Source: Azolla caroliniana
Lineage: Eukaryota; Plantae; Polypodiophyta
DNA: 64,000 nucleotides
Assembly: GCA_043228905.1 (NCBI GenBank)
Contig: JBHGNT010000022.1
Coordinates: forward strand, 7,130,001-7,194,000
Direction: 5' to 3'
The notes under the pieces were generated by a model. That model was not told where the DNA came from. It saw nothing but the letters and a program-made list of their open reading frames with translations, and searched no databases. Position numbers and translations under genes: made by a program. Shown in pieces: positions 1-12,972 of this stretch (positions within the stretch are counted from its first letter, which is position 1; each line of letters starts with the position of its first letter).

Positions 1-3000
1 CAAAGCCACAAGGGGGGGAGGGGTGGTGGTGGCTTGATGTTTCTTCCTGGAATTGAGGATGGATGATAGAGCTCAAGAAGTGATGCATGGAAGACATTGT
101 GAATTCGGTAGTGTGATGGAAGAGCAAGACGGAAAGCCACAAGGTTGACTTTGTCAATGATGCGGAATGGACCCAACTTTTTGTAATCAAGTTTGTTGCA
201 TGGGCGAGTTGTCGGAATATGCCGACATAATAGGCAGACCATGTCACCGACTTTAAAACAAGGTGCACCTCGCCTAACGCCGATGTCGATCAGCCTTCTC
301 TTTGTGTCATTCCTGAGCAATTGAGAGCTCTAGGGATATGTCATGGTGCACTTCTTTCATCAGACGAGCTCGTTCTTCAGTAGATGGATTCACAGAAGCA
401 GCAGGGATAGTTATGTTAAAGAGTGGGTGGAACCCATGATTTGCGAAAAAGGGTGTTACGCTAGTTGATGTGTGGAGAGTATTGTTGTAGGCGAACTCAG
501 CCATTGGAAGAAATTTGATCCAATCATCTTGTTGATAACATATCATACATCGGAGATATTGCTCTAGGATCTGATTTACTCGTTCTGTTTGGCCGTTTGT
601 CTCTGGATGAAAGGTTGTCGAAAATTTTGTGGAAGTTCCAAGAGTCTGGAAGAGGCGTTTCCAGAAATGAGACATAAATTGGGAACCGCGATCAGAGATA
701 ATGTCATCCGGTAAACCCTGAAGGCGCACAATATTTGTTAATAATAGATCTGTTGTTTCCATCCCTAAAATTGCTTTAGAACATGGAATAAAATGCTTCA
801 TCTTTATGAATCTGTCAACCACCACCAATACTGAATTGAATCCCTCAATGTCGGGAAGGTTGGTGATAAAATCCGTCGAGATGGAGGCCCATGGTCTACT
901 TGGAATTGGCAGAGGTTGAAGTAGACCGTAGGGATGATGATGTATTGCTTTGGCGTAGGCACATGTATCACATGTTTTCACGAATTCTTTAACAAGTTTC
1001 CAAGGTTGCAGCCACCAATAACTTCTAGAGATTAACTCCAATGTTTTTGCAACGCCAAAATGTCCAGCTAGGGCATCATCATGGCATTCCTTCACGATAC
1101 GGATACACAAGGACCATCTGGGGCATACATTAAGTTGTTCCGGAAAAGAAAACCATCCCGAAACAGAAATTGGTCATGAATATTCTATACCTCCTTTATG
1201 GTTGAGTTGTTGACTCAATTCTCCTTAATCTCTTTTGCAAATTTGTCGGTGGTAGTATCTATGGCTATTGCATTGAGTAATGATTCATCTGCACTCATAT
1301 AAGCTGCAAAGAGTTGAATCTGATGTGATTGTAGGAGACAACGTGATTGTTGATTGTAGGTCGCATCTCCTGGTCGGATTTTGAAGTCCAAACGCCGAGA
1401 TAGGGCATCGGCTTTACCATGTTGGGCACCATGGCGAAAAACAATTTCAAAGTCATAATCAACCAGGAAGGTCGACCATCGCGTTTGCCTCTAGTTCAAA
1501 ATGTGTGTAGTGGTGAAGTAGATGAGATTCTTGTGATCGGTCATCACCTGGACACGGACGACATTGGGCACCTACCAAGTAAAGACGCCATTCTTCAAAG
1601 GAGACAATAATGGCAGAGAGTTCTTTGTCGTAAATTGGGTAGTTGATCTCGAGTGGTGTGAACTTCCGAGAATAAAAGGCAACAGGATGAAGAATCCCAT
1701 TGTATCTGATTAAGAGAGAATGGCACCGATGGTGAAGTTAGAGGCATCCGTTTCGATCGTAAATGGTTTGGTCAGATCTGGGTGTAGAAGTACCGGAGCT
1801 GAGGTAAAAGCTTTCTTTAGTGCCTTGAATGCCAGTTGGGTTGTAGGAGTCAAGCAAAAACGGGAATCCTTTTGAGTGAGTGCTATAAGTGGTTCTGCCA
1901 ATGTAGAGAATCCTTGAATGAATCAACGATAGAAGTTGGCAAAACCTAAAAATGATTGCACATCCTTGACCTTGGTGGGGAATTCCCACTCTTGAACCAT
2001 TGCGACTTTCTTCTTGTCGATAGTGAGACCAACAAATGAAATGACATACCCAAGGAATTCCACTGAGGTTCAATCAAACTCACACTTCTCGGGTTTCGCA
2101 TAAAGTTCATGTTCCCGAAGTTTGGATAGGATAAGTCGGACATGCTTGGTGTGCTCTATGTAGTCTTGTGAGAAGATAAGTATGTCGTCGAGATAGATGA
2201 CCACAAATTGGTCCAGATATTTTCGGAAGATGTCATTCATCATATGCTAAAAAACGGCAGGAGCATTTGTGATACCAAATGGCATTACCATGTATTCAAA
2301 ATGCCCATACCTAGTTCGAAATGTTGTTTTCCACTCATCTCCAAGCTTGATACGCACCAAATTGTAGGCGCCTCTGAGATCGAATTTGGAGAATATACGC
2401 CCAGCCCGAAGTCGGTCAAGGAGTTCGGGGATTAGAGGTAGTGGATAGCGGTTTCGAACAGTGACTCGATTGAGCCCGCGATAATCAATACATAGGTGTA
2501 AGATTCCGTCTTTCTTTTTGACAAATGGAATAGGAGAGCCAGCTGGATATTCAAAGTGGCGAATGAATTTCTTTGCGAGATTCTCTTCAATGTATATTTT
2601 GAGGACCTTAAGTTCAGGTTCAGATAACCCATAAATAGGGCCAAAATGAGGACAAGCGCCATCTTTCAAGTCAATTGGTCAATCGTATGGGCGATGTTTA
2701 GGCATGTGATCATCATTTTTCTTCTCAAATACATTAGAGAAATCATTGTATTTTGATGGAAAAGAGCTAGTACATAGGGTAGAGTCTAGAGTGGACGTGA
2801 CCTCCATATCCTTGAATTAGAAATGGATGCAATCAACAAAGTATCACTTGCCCAAGCAAGAGTGGAAACTGTTTCTAAGGCCGATACGGGAGTAACTGTC
2901 GATGTTGTTTCTATTGGAGCAACTATCGACATGGTTCTTGCTGAAGAGAAAATGGGAGCGACCACTAAAGTGGTCCTCACCAGAGCAGAAATGGAACTTG

Positions 3001-4440
3001 CCCACGAAACATGACTGGGAGGAACCATTGATGCAATCCTCACCGGAGCAGAAATGGGAGTTGTCCCCGAAACATAAGTGGGAGCAATCGTTGACACATT
3101 CCTCATCGGAGTAGGCGGCCAAACAAATGGTGGAGCATTGGCTCGAAGAAGAGTGGAAGTAATCCCTTGTGGGTGAGAATTCAAGGTGAAGTTGATGGAG
3201 CGAGATCGCCAATCCACGATTGGATTGTGAGTCTCGAGCCAGGATAACCCCAAGATGATAGGATGTCGAGGTGATGTGATGAGGTTAAAAATGATTTCTT
3301 CCTGGTGGGCTCCTATGTGGAGACTCAAGGGAATTGGTGTAGCTGTGATTGCATTAGAAGAGAGCGTTCGACCATCGATCACTTCAACAGAAATCGGGAA
3401 AGTTATTTTGTTGCTTGGAATGTTGTGTGTCTGTGCAAACATGATGTCAATAAAGCACGATGTAGCCCTAGAATCCAACAAAGCTTTTGTCTTTAGAGTG
3501 GTAGAGCCAAACTGAAGAGTGATCGGAAGTGTGAAGCTTGTTGTCGAGGAAGTTGGTTGATTGGGCCCTTAACACAATTGTCGACTCTTGTGGTCCAGAT
3601 GCACAACCCCTACTACAACTAGACGTTGGAGTTTTCCTATTGGCAGAAAATGTCAACCCCATCCACACGATGTGGTGTTTGACGGGGTCCCTTTTTTGGG
3701 CAAGAGCAAATCAAATGGTCGGGGCCGCCACAATAGAGACATAAATTGTTGGCACGTCGATGTTGTCATTGTACGTTAGTCAATGGTCAATAACGAATTC
3801 GATCGATCTCGATTGAGGAGCTAGAATCTATGGCGAGAGTTGAAGATGAAGTGGAGGATGACATAGGAGGCGGGGTCGTCGACCACGGTAAGTGACTTCG
3901 TGTAGTGGCTGACCAAGGTGGATGAATCCGGTGAGGACGTTCCTCTTGCCAGAACTCAAAGAGACGGTTATCGCAACACACAAGTTGGGAAGTAGCCTCA
4001 TTCAAAGATGTGGGCTTAGGAAAGTTAAGCAAAAGATTTTTCATCTCACCTCGTAATCGTCGACGTAATTGATCGAGGAGGGCTTGTGACAAAATTCAGA
4101 TGCATAGATTGATGCCGCACGTTCTCCTTGTTGTAACGCATATAGTCTGTTGAGTGCGGCTCGTTGTTTGTTGGTCTGCCCGAAAGTTGCCTCAAATTCG
4201 GTAAGAAATGCTTGGAAGTCATTCAAGAGAGGCGAAGAGGTCTCCTCCAGAGGGGCAAACCAGGATTGCCCTTGTCCTATCAACAACATGCCAATGAGAC
4301 CAACTTGTCAAAATCCATCATAATATCGTCGGGGCTGAAGACGAATAATAAGGCGGATTTGGTTGATGAAGCCTCTTAACCATGACCTTGTTCCATTGAA
4401 TTTTTCTGGCAAGCTAACATTGGGTTCTACAACAAATGGG
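1..4440 (-). mobile_element. Decayed Ty3/gypsy retrotransposon (chromovirus/Tcn1-like): gag-PR-RT-RNaseH-INT, runs off the left edge
   Basis: Fragmented ORFs in gypsy order: gag (LYALQQG, 4041-4289), protease (LLDSRATSCFI, ~3481), RT ([21 protein letters not shown]; [12 protein letters not shown]), RNaseH ([15 protein letters not shown]), integrase (H..AGHFG..CDTC; SDRGSQF; HPETNGQTERVNQ), and IHNVFHASLL near base 100. Many stops and frameshifts. Confidence 0.93.
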
Positions 4441-4613
4441 TCAACAATTGAGTGAGGCAAATTTTAGGAGTTAGTGTCAGTCGCTCGGTACGAGCATTGA
4501 AGTACATGTCAGTACTTCTGTTAGTCCTTTTAAGGACTTGTATAACAGTGCTCATTGAGCACATTATATGTATAGAGTATTGAGTTTATTTTGAATTAAG
4601 GTTTTGTTGTTTG

Positions 4614-4616
<3 letters not shown>

Positions 4617-4651
<35 letters not shown>
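4617..4651. repeat. (CT)n microsatellite
   Basis: Direct reading of the ctctct run. Confidence 0.95.
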
Positions 4652-4655
<4 letters not shown>

Positions 4656-5629
4656 TACTCTACGTATTCCATTCTTTGTGTTTTCTATTGCTATCTTGCC
4701 AAGCCGGTTGAGGTTTGTTTAGCTTCCACATTATTTCTTTTACAAACTTGGGTTGTGATTATCCAAGGAAAACACTCTAATCGACACCGTTCAAACCTTA
4801 TAGAATTCCTTTGATGATGATGTTGTCAATTTCTCAAACTTGTATGGCATGTTTCATCACTTTTCTCCAATTTAACCAATAATCAAGTTGGTGCCAAAAC
4901 AAATTCTATCTAAATACAATATTCCACACTAATATTGTTGAATTCTTAAACTTGCATGTGTGACTTGTATGTGTGAAGTTCATTGGATAAAGCATGTTTT
5001 GCACCCACTGTGGTACGTTTTTAATTGCAAAGCCAAGGAGTAACGTTACTTTGAGAGCAATGAGCAACAAGCTACAAGCTACGAACCATGAGAACCACAA
5101 ACACAATAGATTCTTGTGCATACAAGCAAACGCAGGCATTCAAGCTTCAACAAGAGAAAAAGCTTGACTACTATGCACAAAGTAATAAAAAAATATTGTA
5201 TATGACTTTTAGATGTTTTTGACTAATCAATCCACAATATGAAAAATTGAGTGTGAATCATATGCATCAATTGCACCACAAATTGAGATACACACAAAAG
5301 CTTATTCTCTAATTTACAACATTACAACTTTATCTAGCACACAAGTGAAAAACCATTGAAAGGGTGGCGAACGTTTCCAAAGTTAACAAATGATGCACAA
5401 GGTTATTACAGAACAATCCAACTGACTTTAGCAACTCTTTTGTGTAAGAAATGTCTTCAGCAACTCTCGTGTAGAATGCGTCAATCCACCACCAAATAAA
5501 TGCTTCCGAAGATTGAGATTGCCGTCATGCATCCAACACTTGAAGCCAACAATTGCATATATCATACCAAGGGAGATACACCCCACCCTTTCACACGCGC
5601 ACATACACGCAAACATGCACACAATTACA

Positions 5630-5636
5630 CAACACA

Positions 5637-5668
<32 letters not shown>

Positions 5669-5812
5669 TATATGTATGTACACACTCCCTCTACACACAC
5701 TTACACTATGTATGTATGTATGTATGTATGTATGTATGTATGTATGTATGTATGTATACACACTACATACATTCCACTTACACTATGTATGTATGTATGT
5801 ATGTATGTATAC
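5630..5812. repeat. Compound (CA)n/(TATG)n microsatellite just upstream of the PPR start
   Basis: (ac)n at ~5637-5663; (tatg)n at ~5707-5757 and ~5784-5810. Confidence 0.95.
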
Positions 5813-5890
5813 ACAAGTGATAACACTACACACACATACTACACCTCCCATCATCATCAATAATGATCATCTTCTCCCTATGTAGTATGT

Positions 5891-8800
5891 ATGGTATGGC
5901 ATGATGGCATGTTACCCCTGCCCTCTATCGAGAAACTCCTCCTTCTCTGCAGACGAAACCAGAGGAACCCATCTCATGCCCTGCGCTTACATACATTTAC
6001 ACGCAGGTATGGTCTCTCCCACGCACACACTCTTCTGGGCGATTCGATCGTCTCTTTTTTCGTCCAAATTGGTTCCCTACCCGAAGCATGCAGTCCCTTC
6101 CACGGATTTCTCTGCACAAGCGATGAAAGGCTTTTCTCCTCTCTCATCCATGAATTCTTTCAATCCGGCTCTTATAGTTCTGCTCTCTCTGTTTATCAGA
6201 GAATGAGAGAAAACTCCATTAAGGTTAGTGCACATTTATGTGTTACATTGTTGCAATGTTGTGGTAAGTTGAAGGATCTAGAGATAGGATGTAAAATACA
6301 CAAGGAGATCATGAGAGAGGGGTGGCTGGGATGTGTTGTGGAGAGAGAGTGTGGAACGATGTATGGTGAGGACATGATGATAGAGGGTGGGATGAAAGAT
6401 GGTCTACAAAGGAGAGGTGGGATGATGCATGAGGAGGTCATGAGAGAGAGTGAGCTGAGATTTGATATAGAGAGAGGATTTGAAATGGTCATGACAGAGT
6501 GTGGGCTGAAATTTGGTATAGAGAGAGGATGTGAAAAGATCATGTGGGAGACAGGGTTGGAAACTGGTCAGTGTGGAGGATATCAAATGTTCATGGGAGA
6601 GGGTGGGTTGAAATATGATGATCTAGAGAGAGAATATAAAACACATGAAGCCAAGAGAGAGAGTTGGCTGAAAGGCGGTCAGGAGAGAGGATGTAAAACA
6701 AATGATCGGATGAAATCTGGTCTAGAGAGAGGATGTGAAACCCGTGATGGGCTGAACTCTGGTCCTGAGAGAGTATGCAAAATGAGTGGAGAGAATATGA
6801 AAGCGGACGGGTTGAAGTATGATCTAGAGAGAGGATCAGAAATGCATGGAGAGATGAGGAGAGAATGTGGGTTCAAATGTGATCTCTTTCTTGGATGTGC
6901 TTTAGTGGACATGTATTCAAAATGCGGAATATTAACGAAAGCACAAGAAGTGTTTTCTATGCTTCCCATAAGAAATACAGCCACATGGAATGCAATTATT
7001 TCAGGATATGTTCGTAATGGCCGTCCTGAGGCCGCATTCAGTTTCTTTGACAAAATGCAAATAGAGGGTATATCTCCTGATTCGGTAACTTTTACTTCCA
7101 TTCTTAAAGGATGTAGTGACATTATAGCCATCAATAAAGGCAAAGAATTACATGCTGATATCGATAAACGAGGCTTGCTCAAAAACAACCCTTTTGTGGG
7201 TACTGCGTTGATTGATATGTATTCTAAATGTGGTATGTTGGCTGATGCAAGATTGGTTTTGGTTTCGCATTCATGCCGAAATGTGGCTACATATACTGCT
7301 CTTATTTCGGGATATCTTGAGAATGAATGGCCTGAAAAAGCATTAGAATGTTACGGAGAAATGAAAAAGGATAATATTGTTCCGAATACTGTAACCTATG
7401 CCTGCTGCTTAAGAGCTTGTGGAATGATTAATGGAGGAATAGAGGAAGGGTGCCTAATTGATGCTGAAATCACCAACCGAGGCTTTTGTGAAAAAGACAT
7501 TTCGGTTGGTAATGCATTGGTTGATATGTACACAAAATGTGGGATGCTAGAGAAAGCTCGATTTATTTTGTTTGATAAGATTCCGATTCCAAACTCAATC
7601 ACATGGAACTCACTTATAGCAGGATATGTTCAAAATGAGCGTTGTAAGGAAGCATTGAATTATTTTAATTGTATGCAAATTCGAGGTTCAATGCCAGATG
7701 CGGTCACATTTACTTGCTGCTTGAGAGCATGTGGTTCTCTCAATGACTTAGAAAAGGGCGCTGAAATACATGCACAAATTGTGAGAAATGGTCTTCTTGG
7801 AAATGAAGTTTCAGTTGGTAATGCATTAGTTGACATGTATGCCAAGAGTGGATGGTTTATAAAGGCAAAGGAAGTGCTCAATTCACTTTCCTTTAGAGAT
7901 GTTTCCGCTTGGAATTCTTTGATTACAAGTTATGCTCAACATAATTGTGCTGAGGATGTATTAAAATGTTACAAAGAGATGCAACTAGATGGTGTGAATC
8001 CTAATGCTGTTACATATGCATGTGGGTTAAAAGCATGTGTCTCAATGGGGGATATAGACAAAGGTAGTGATTTACACTGTGAGACTGTTGAAAGAGGGTT
8101 GTTTACAGAAGACGTGGTCATTGGGAGCACACTAATTGATATGTATGCCAAATGTGGTATGCTTCTTGATGCACAAAAGGTGTTCGATATGCTTCCTGTT
8201 CGGGATGTGGTCACATGGACATCATTAATGTCTGGATATGAAGAACACGATTGTGGAGAGGAAGCATTGGATTGCTTCAAAAAGATGCAACTTGAGGGTC
8301 TCTCTCCAAATTCTTTCACGTATGCATGTGGTTTGAAAGCATGCGGTCGCATTGGAGCCATGGATAAAGGCGAAGAAATACATGCTGAGGTCAGTAGAAA
8401 GGGCCTCTTGAAAACAAACATAATTGTTGGGAGTGCTGTGGTAGATATGTATGCAAAATGTGGTTCGCTTAGCCAAGCTAAGAATTCCTTCGATATGCTC
8501 CCAAACTTAAATAATATAACATGGAATGCATTGATTACTGGCTTTGCCCAAGTAGGAGAAGTTAGCCATGTTTTTCATCTCCTTGATAGAATGATAATGG
8601 AAGGCAATAAGCCAGACATAATCACTTTCCTTAACATTGTCAATGTATGTAGTCATGCGGGGCTTGTAGATGAAGGACAATTCTGTTTCAAGGTCATGAG
8701 AGAGAAATACCAACTTACTCCAACACTTCGTCATTTCACATGTATAGTCGATCTTCTTGGGCGTGCTGGCCAATTGGATGAGGTGCTGGCAGTGGCTACA

Positions 8801-8980
8801 GAGACACCATTTCATATTGATATTGCAATGTGGCTTGCTATTCTAGGTGCTTGTCGGAAGTGGGGGAACGTAGAACTAGCAAGACATGCCTTTGAACATG
8901 CAACTTTATGTCATGGGTATCAAGCATCAGCTTACGTTTGTATGCTCAATGTCTATGCCGATGTAGGAGGAAGGCAATGA
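5891..8980 (+). CDS. PLS-class pentatricopeptide repeat protein, truncated E-type C-terminus, no DYW domain (putative organellar RNA-binding/editing factor)
   Basis: 1029-aa intronless ORF with repeated ALVDMYxKCG / TWNxLIxGY / PDxVTFxxxLKAC triplets and a C-terminal CSHAGLVDEG...HFTCIVDLLGRAG...WLAILGACRKWGN...SAYVCMLNVY. Confidence 0.95.
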   Translation: MVWHDGMLPLPSIEKLLLLCRRNQRNPSHALRLHTFTRRYGLSHAHTLLGDSIVSFFVQIGSLPEACSPFHGFLCTSDERLFSSLIHEFFQSGSYSSALSVYQRMRENSIKVSAHLCVTLLQCCGKLKDLEIGCKIHKEIMREGWLGCVVERECGTMYGEDMMIEGGMKDGLQRRGGMMHEEVMRESELRFDIERGFEMVMTECGLKFGIERGCEKIMWETGLETGQCGGYQMFMGEGGLKYDDLEREYKTHEAKRESWLKGGQERGCKTNDRMKSGLERGCETRDGLNSGPERVCKMSGENMKADGLKYDLERGSEMHGEMRRECGFKCDLFLGCALVDMYSKCGILTKAQEVFSMLPIRNTATWNAIISGYVRNGRPEAAFSFFDKMQIEGISPDSVTFTSILKGCSDIIAINKGKELHADIDKRGLLKNNPFVGTALIDMYSKCGMLADARLVLVSHSCRNVATYTALISGYLENEWPEKALECYGEMKKDNIVPNTVTYACCLRACGMINGGIEEGCLIDAEITNRGFCEKDISVGNALVDMYTKCGMLEKARFILFDKIPIPNSITWNSLIAGYVQNERCKEALNYFNCMQIRGSMPDAVTFTCCLRACGSLNDLEKGAEIHAQIVRNGLLGNEVSVGNALVDMYAKSGWFIKAKEVLNSLSFRDVSAWNSLITSYAQHNCAEDVLKCYKEMQLDGVNPNAVTYACGLKACVSMGDIDKGSDLHCETVERGLFTEDVVIGSTLIDMYAKCGMLLDAQKVFDMLPVRDVVTWTSLMSGYEEHDCGEEALDCFKKMQLEGLSPNSFTYACGLKACGRIGAMDKGEEIHAEVSRKGLLKTNIIVGSAVVDMYAKCGSLSQAKNSFDMLPNLNNITWNALITGFAQVGEVSHVFHLLDRMIMEGNKPDIITFLNIVNVCSHAGLVDEGQFCFKVMREKYQLTPTLRHFTCIVDLLGRAGQLDEVLAVATETPFHIDIAMWLAILGACRKWGNVELARHAFEHATLCHGYQASAYVCMLNVYADVGGRQ

Positions 8981-11344
8981 GATAGAGATATATAAAACTT
9001 TACATTTACTTGATGGTTTGTTTTTGAGGCCAAGAGAGACTGTTATATGGAACCAAATGAGTCCCATTTTGAATATGTAATGGAGCTACGTTAACCTATC
9101 GTGGTGTTCGTAAGGTTGGGCACAACATCCCAAAAGCTAACATGCCATGCATGGCTAGTGATTGTGGTCTCATTTTTTACAGGGCCATTAATGGTGGTTA
9201 CCTACTTGAGAAAATCCCTCCTAACACGAGTCTACAATATGCTTTTCTATGACCACATTCAAATGGAAACTCTGCAAATCTAGAAAAGGTTTCATGCTGA
9301 GCTACATCAATTGAAATACTCCATAAGGGCAAGGTTGAGAATGGTCTCCTTTGGTTCCCAACAACCCTCATTCACTAAAATGTTGGTTGAACATTTCAAC
9401 TTGTTGGTTGGAAATATTTTTAAAGGAAACTAAATCCGAAATAACAAAAATATTTCTATGAAATTTGCTTAAACTTTCTGGCAATTTCGCCAGAATTTCT
9501 TAAAAAATGAAAAGGAAATTTGGCTGATTAAGAAAGAAACATAGCATAGACACTGTGACATGTGATCGTGGTTGGTGGGTATTCATCAATACCTCTAATT
9601 TGTGACTTAGTAGATTCTTTGATTTGGGCATGAATAGTAACAAAACTTGGCAAGAGCTTATTCTAAGCTAAAACAAGGTATCCTCAAGAGCAATGGGGAG
9701 AATGATTTATTTTGGTTCCATGTGCATAATGAGGGGCGAGAATTATCAGAAGCATTCTCACATGCTATCCTTCATAGACATCTTTTGCGGCAATTTACAA
9801 GAATAATGGCGTCAAATCCTTGTTTTGATTGTTTCAGGATCTGTGCTGTCCCACTCACATCTTTTATACACTTCTTGTAGATTCTTGCAATAACGCATCC
9901 AAAGTTTTTTTAACGTTTGTTGTCATTTTGTACTTTTGTATTTTTAAGCCATCATCATCACCTTGAGGTCCCATGCTATTTGATTGAAAGTCATTGATCT
10001 CTCACACCCACAAAGTCATTTCATTACATTTTCTATCTTGATTCCCAAGCTAGTAACATTTAGGTATTTTACAAATTTGCATTTGCAATATTGAAAATGA
10101 GTGATAATATTTTGCAATTGAAGGTACACATGCCTTCAATCAATTTTTGCCAACAAGATCTCTTTAACACATTTTACAAAAGGGTTTTTACTTTTTTTTA
10201 AATGTACAATATGAAGATTCGTTTAAAAGGAATTAATGCATTATTGGGTTGTAAGGTTTCAAGCACATAAAAAATTCTTAGCCAATTCCATGTTGACTTC
10301 AAAACTAAAAGACAAATTATCTACATTTTTAGCATTGTGTGCAAATTTTAGGAGCACGCTTGTAAATTGTGCATCATATAGCAAACCTAAAGTTTTGATT
10401 TTTTTTGTGTCATGGTTACAAAATTAAAGATTGCTTGAGACTTTAATCCACACCCTTTAATTGTGAAACACAACAATTAACATAAGCTTGTATGCATTTT
10501 ATGCATTGGTTTCACATTGTGTTGTTGCTAGTAATTTCTTGTACAAACATGAAACAATTATGATCAATGATAGTGTATATATGCATAAAAAGCAGTTCGT
10601 AATATATAACTTCGTGAATAGGGATTTCATAATTTTGTGTAGAGATTAGGGTTTAATGTGAAATGAATAATGATTGTGGGTTTCATTGACCTCATGGGTT
10701 GGTGTATTGCTATTAAAGTTAATGGAATTCAAGGGTTCATGAAATTTGTATTTTGAGCATTTTTTTTGTAAAAAGCTATCATATAATCAATGCATGTATG
10801 TATGTTACATAATGACAAAATCACATACTTCCAAGAAATGATTGTCGCCACGAATATTTGTTTCAACAATACAGAGACATTTCAAAAAAGTAGTTCTCTA
10901 AACAAGGGCAATTATTGCTTAACACTACAAGAGCGAAAAGAAAGAGAGGAATCGAGAAATTTGACAAAGAGATTCAACTAGGGAAAAATTGCGAAAGAGT
11001 GGAAAAAGTGTTGCACAGCCAAAAAAAGTTAAATTGAGCCAAAAACAAGTTCGCAACTAGAATAGCTAATGCTATGTTGTGTGAACAAATGAAACGCTTA
11101 TTCACTATGCTCATTGCTCGTATTACTGAAAAACAAGCCTTGATTGTCAAAAATAATAATAGTAGATCGGTTTCAAATAAACCTTTGAAACTTCAAAGTT
11201 TACCATTGTGAGGGCATTAAGAAGTTGCAAAAAGGAATAAACATCAAATTTTCATTACACAACATTGAAACCATTCTACAATAGACAGTATGTTATAGTT
11301 TCACTTGTCTTTTAGTTGTTCTAATAATGAGAAATGATAATTTA

Positions 11345-12440
11345 ATACCTCGTCGAACTAGAATGGGATCCATGGGATTTTAGGTGGAAACATGATGCCA
11401 GATTTCGCCATTTCTTCGAGTACAACACTAAACTGGGCCGGAGTTTTCAACTGCAGTTAGACGGCCCGACTAGCGTACATTGGGCATCCCTGATGAGGTG
11501 CTCATTACCTTTTGGAAGGGTCTCTGGTGTCTCCACATGTCGGAAAAGATAAAGCTTTTTTGGTGGCAAATCGATCATAATGTGGTTCCCGTTGGCGAAT
11601 GGCTAGGTAAACATGGCGGCCCGTTAGGCTGCCCTCTTTGCCATTCACCTATTGAGACTCTGAGGCATTGTTTGTGGGATTGCCCTCAAGCTCAAAAGGT
11701 ATGGGATAGGGTGACTCGCCTCCTTGCGGCATGTGAAGTGGAAGGAACAACATCGTGGAGTGTTGCGGCATTGCTTGATCACTCCATTGATAGGTGGACG
11801 GACGCCCTCAATGCGGATAGTTGGTGCTACATATGCATGAGAGGCAAAATCGCCAAGATTCGATTTCAGAGAGGTTGCAGTCCGCATCCCCTAAGTTCTC
11901 GGACATTTGGATGTTGATTGTAGGCGTCACCCTGTGGTATGTATGGAAAGCGCGTTGCCTAAAGGTCTTTCAAGATCTAGTGCGCCCCCCGGAGGAAGTG
12001 ATCATGGACATATGGTTTGCGCTTATCAGCTGCCTACGAGGGCAATTGGACGAGGTTTGTAGCCATTCCAATGACGTGGTTACTGCTCGTTTGCGCTTTT
12101 GGCAGAAATGATGGAACACGCCTATGGTGACACGAGGAAGTGGCCCGAGGTGGAACTACCAGCCCCCACGTTGGCTGTTTCCGACTCACTTACCACCCTG
12201 CCTTCGTTGTCGACCCCAGGAGGTGTCTCGTACTAGCCATCACTAAAGGGCACCGTTTTTAGCTATAGGTACTTAAATTAAGTAGTCAGTCCGAAAGGCG
12301 ATGTAACTAGTCTCATTTTCTTGAACCTGATCGGAGGGAGATTCCCCGATCTATGTATAAGCGTCCTTGTATAGTCTCTTTGTAATAATCCTTCCTAACT
12401 AATGGGAAAGTAGCTTCATTTTGGAATAAAATAAAATAAA
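11345..12440 (+). mobile_element. 5'-truncated LINE (L1-like) 3' fragment with zf-RVT zinc finger and (TAAAA)n tail
   Basis: FWKGLW..SEKIKLFWWQI..VPVGEWL...CPLCHSPIETLRHCLWDC followed by LWYVWKARC; GC-richer than flanks; ends in taaaataaaataaa at ~12427-12440. Left boundary approximate. Confidence 0.85.
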
Positions 12441-12972
12441 GTTATCTTTATCGTCATGATCAAGATGTGGCCAATTAAAATTGTAATTTGCGCAATATTA
12501 TTATTTTCAGTCTCAAGTATAGCCATGTAAGTATAGAAAACGTTTAGTTATTAACTCATATCACTTTACAAGGAAGTCATTGCATTATTGTATAATCAAC
12601 TTGAGGATATCTCAACATGCTTTCCACAAAATCAAGACAAACATTAGGCCTCACAATATGCAACATATTCTCAATGTATAGACCAAGAAATTAGACTATG
12701 TATCGTTAAGATTGCCATCAAATTAGAGTTCCCTTCCCAATCCAAGAGCATTGTTTCTTTTACATGAAAAACTATGTACTTAGCAATGAACAAAACATTT
12801 TTGTCTTTCCAATAGATGAAAGTTTATCAACTTCACCATGAACTAAGAAACCCATACAATCTAATTTCGATATCAAAATCCTTGCCATATTCGATCTTAA
12901 ATATTTATATACACACAATAACTTGATTTGGAGATTAGAGATAAAGTATTTACATAAATTGGGTTGTGAGGC

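Noticed and set aside
5428-5885. ORFs rich in CVCV, HTHT and MYVC
   Set aside because: Microsatellite translations.
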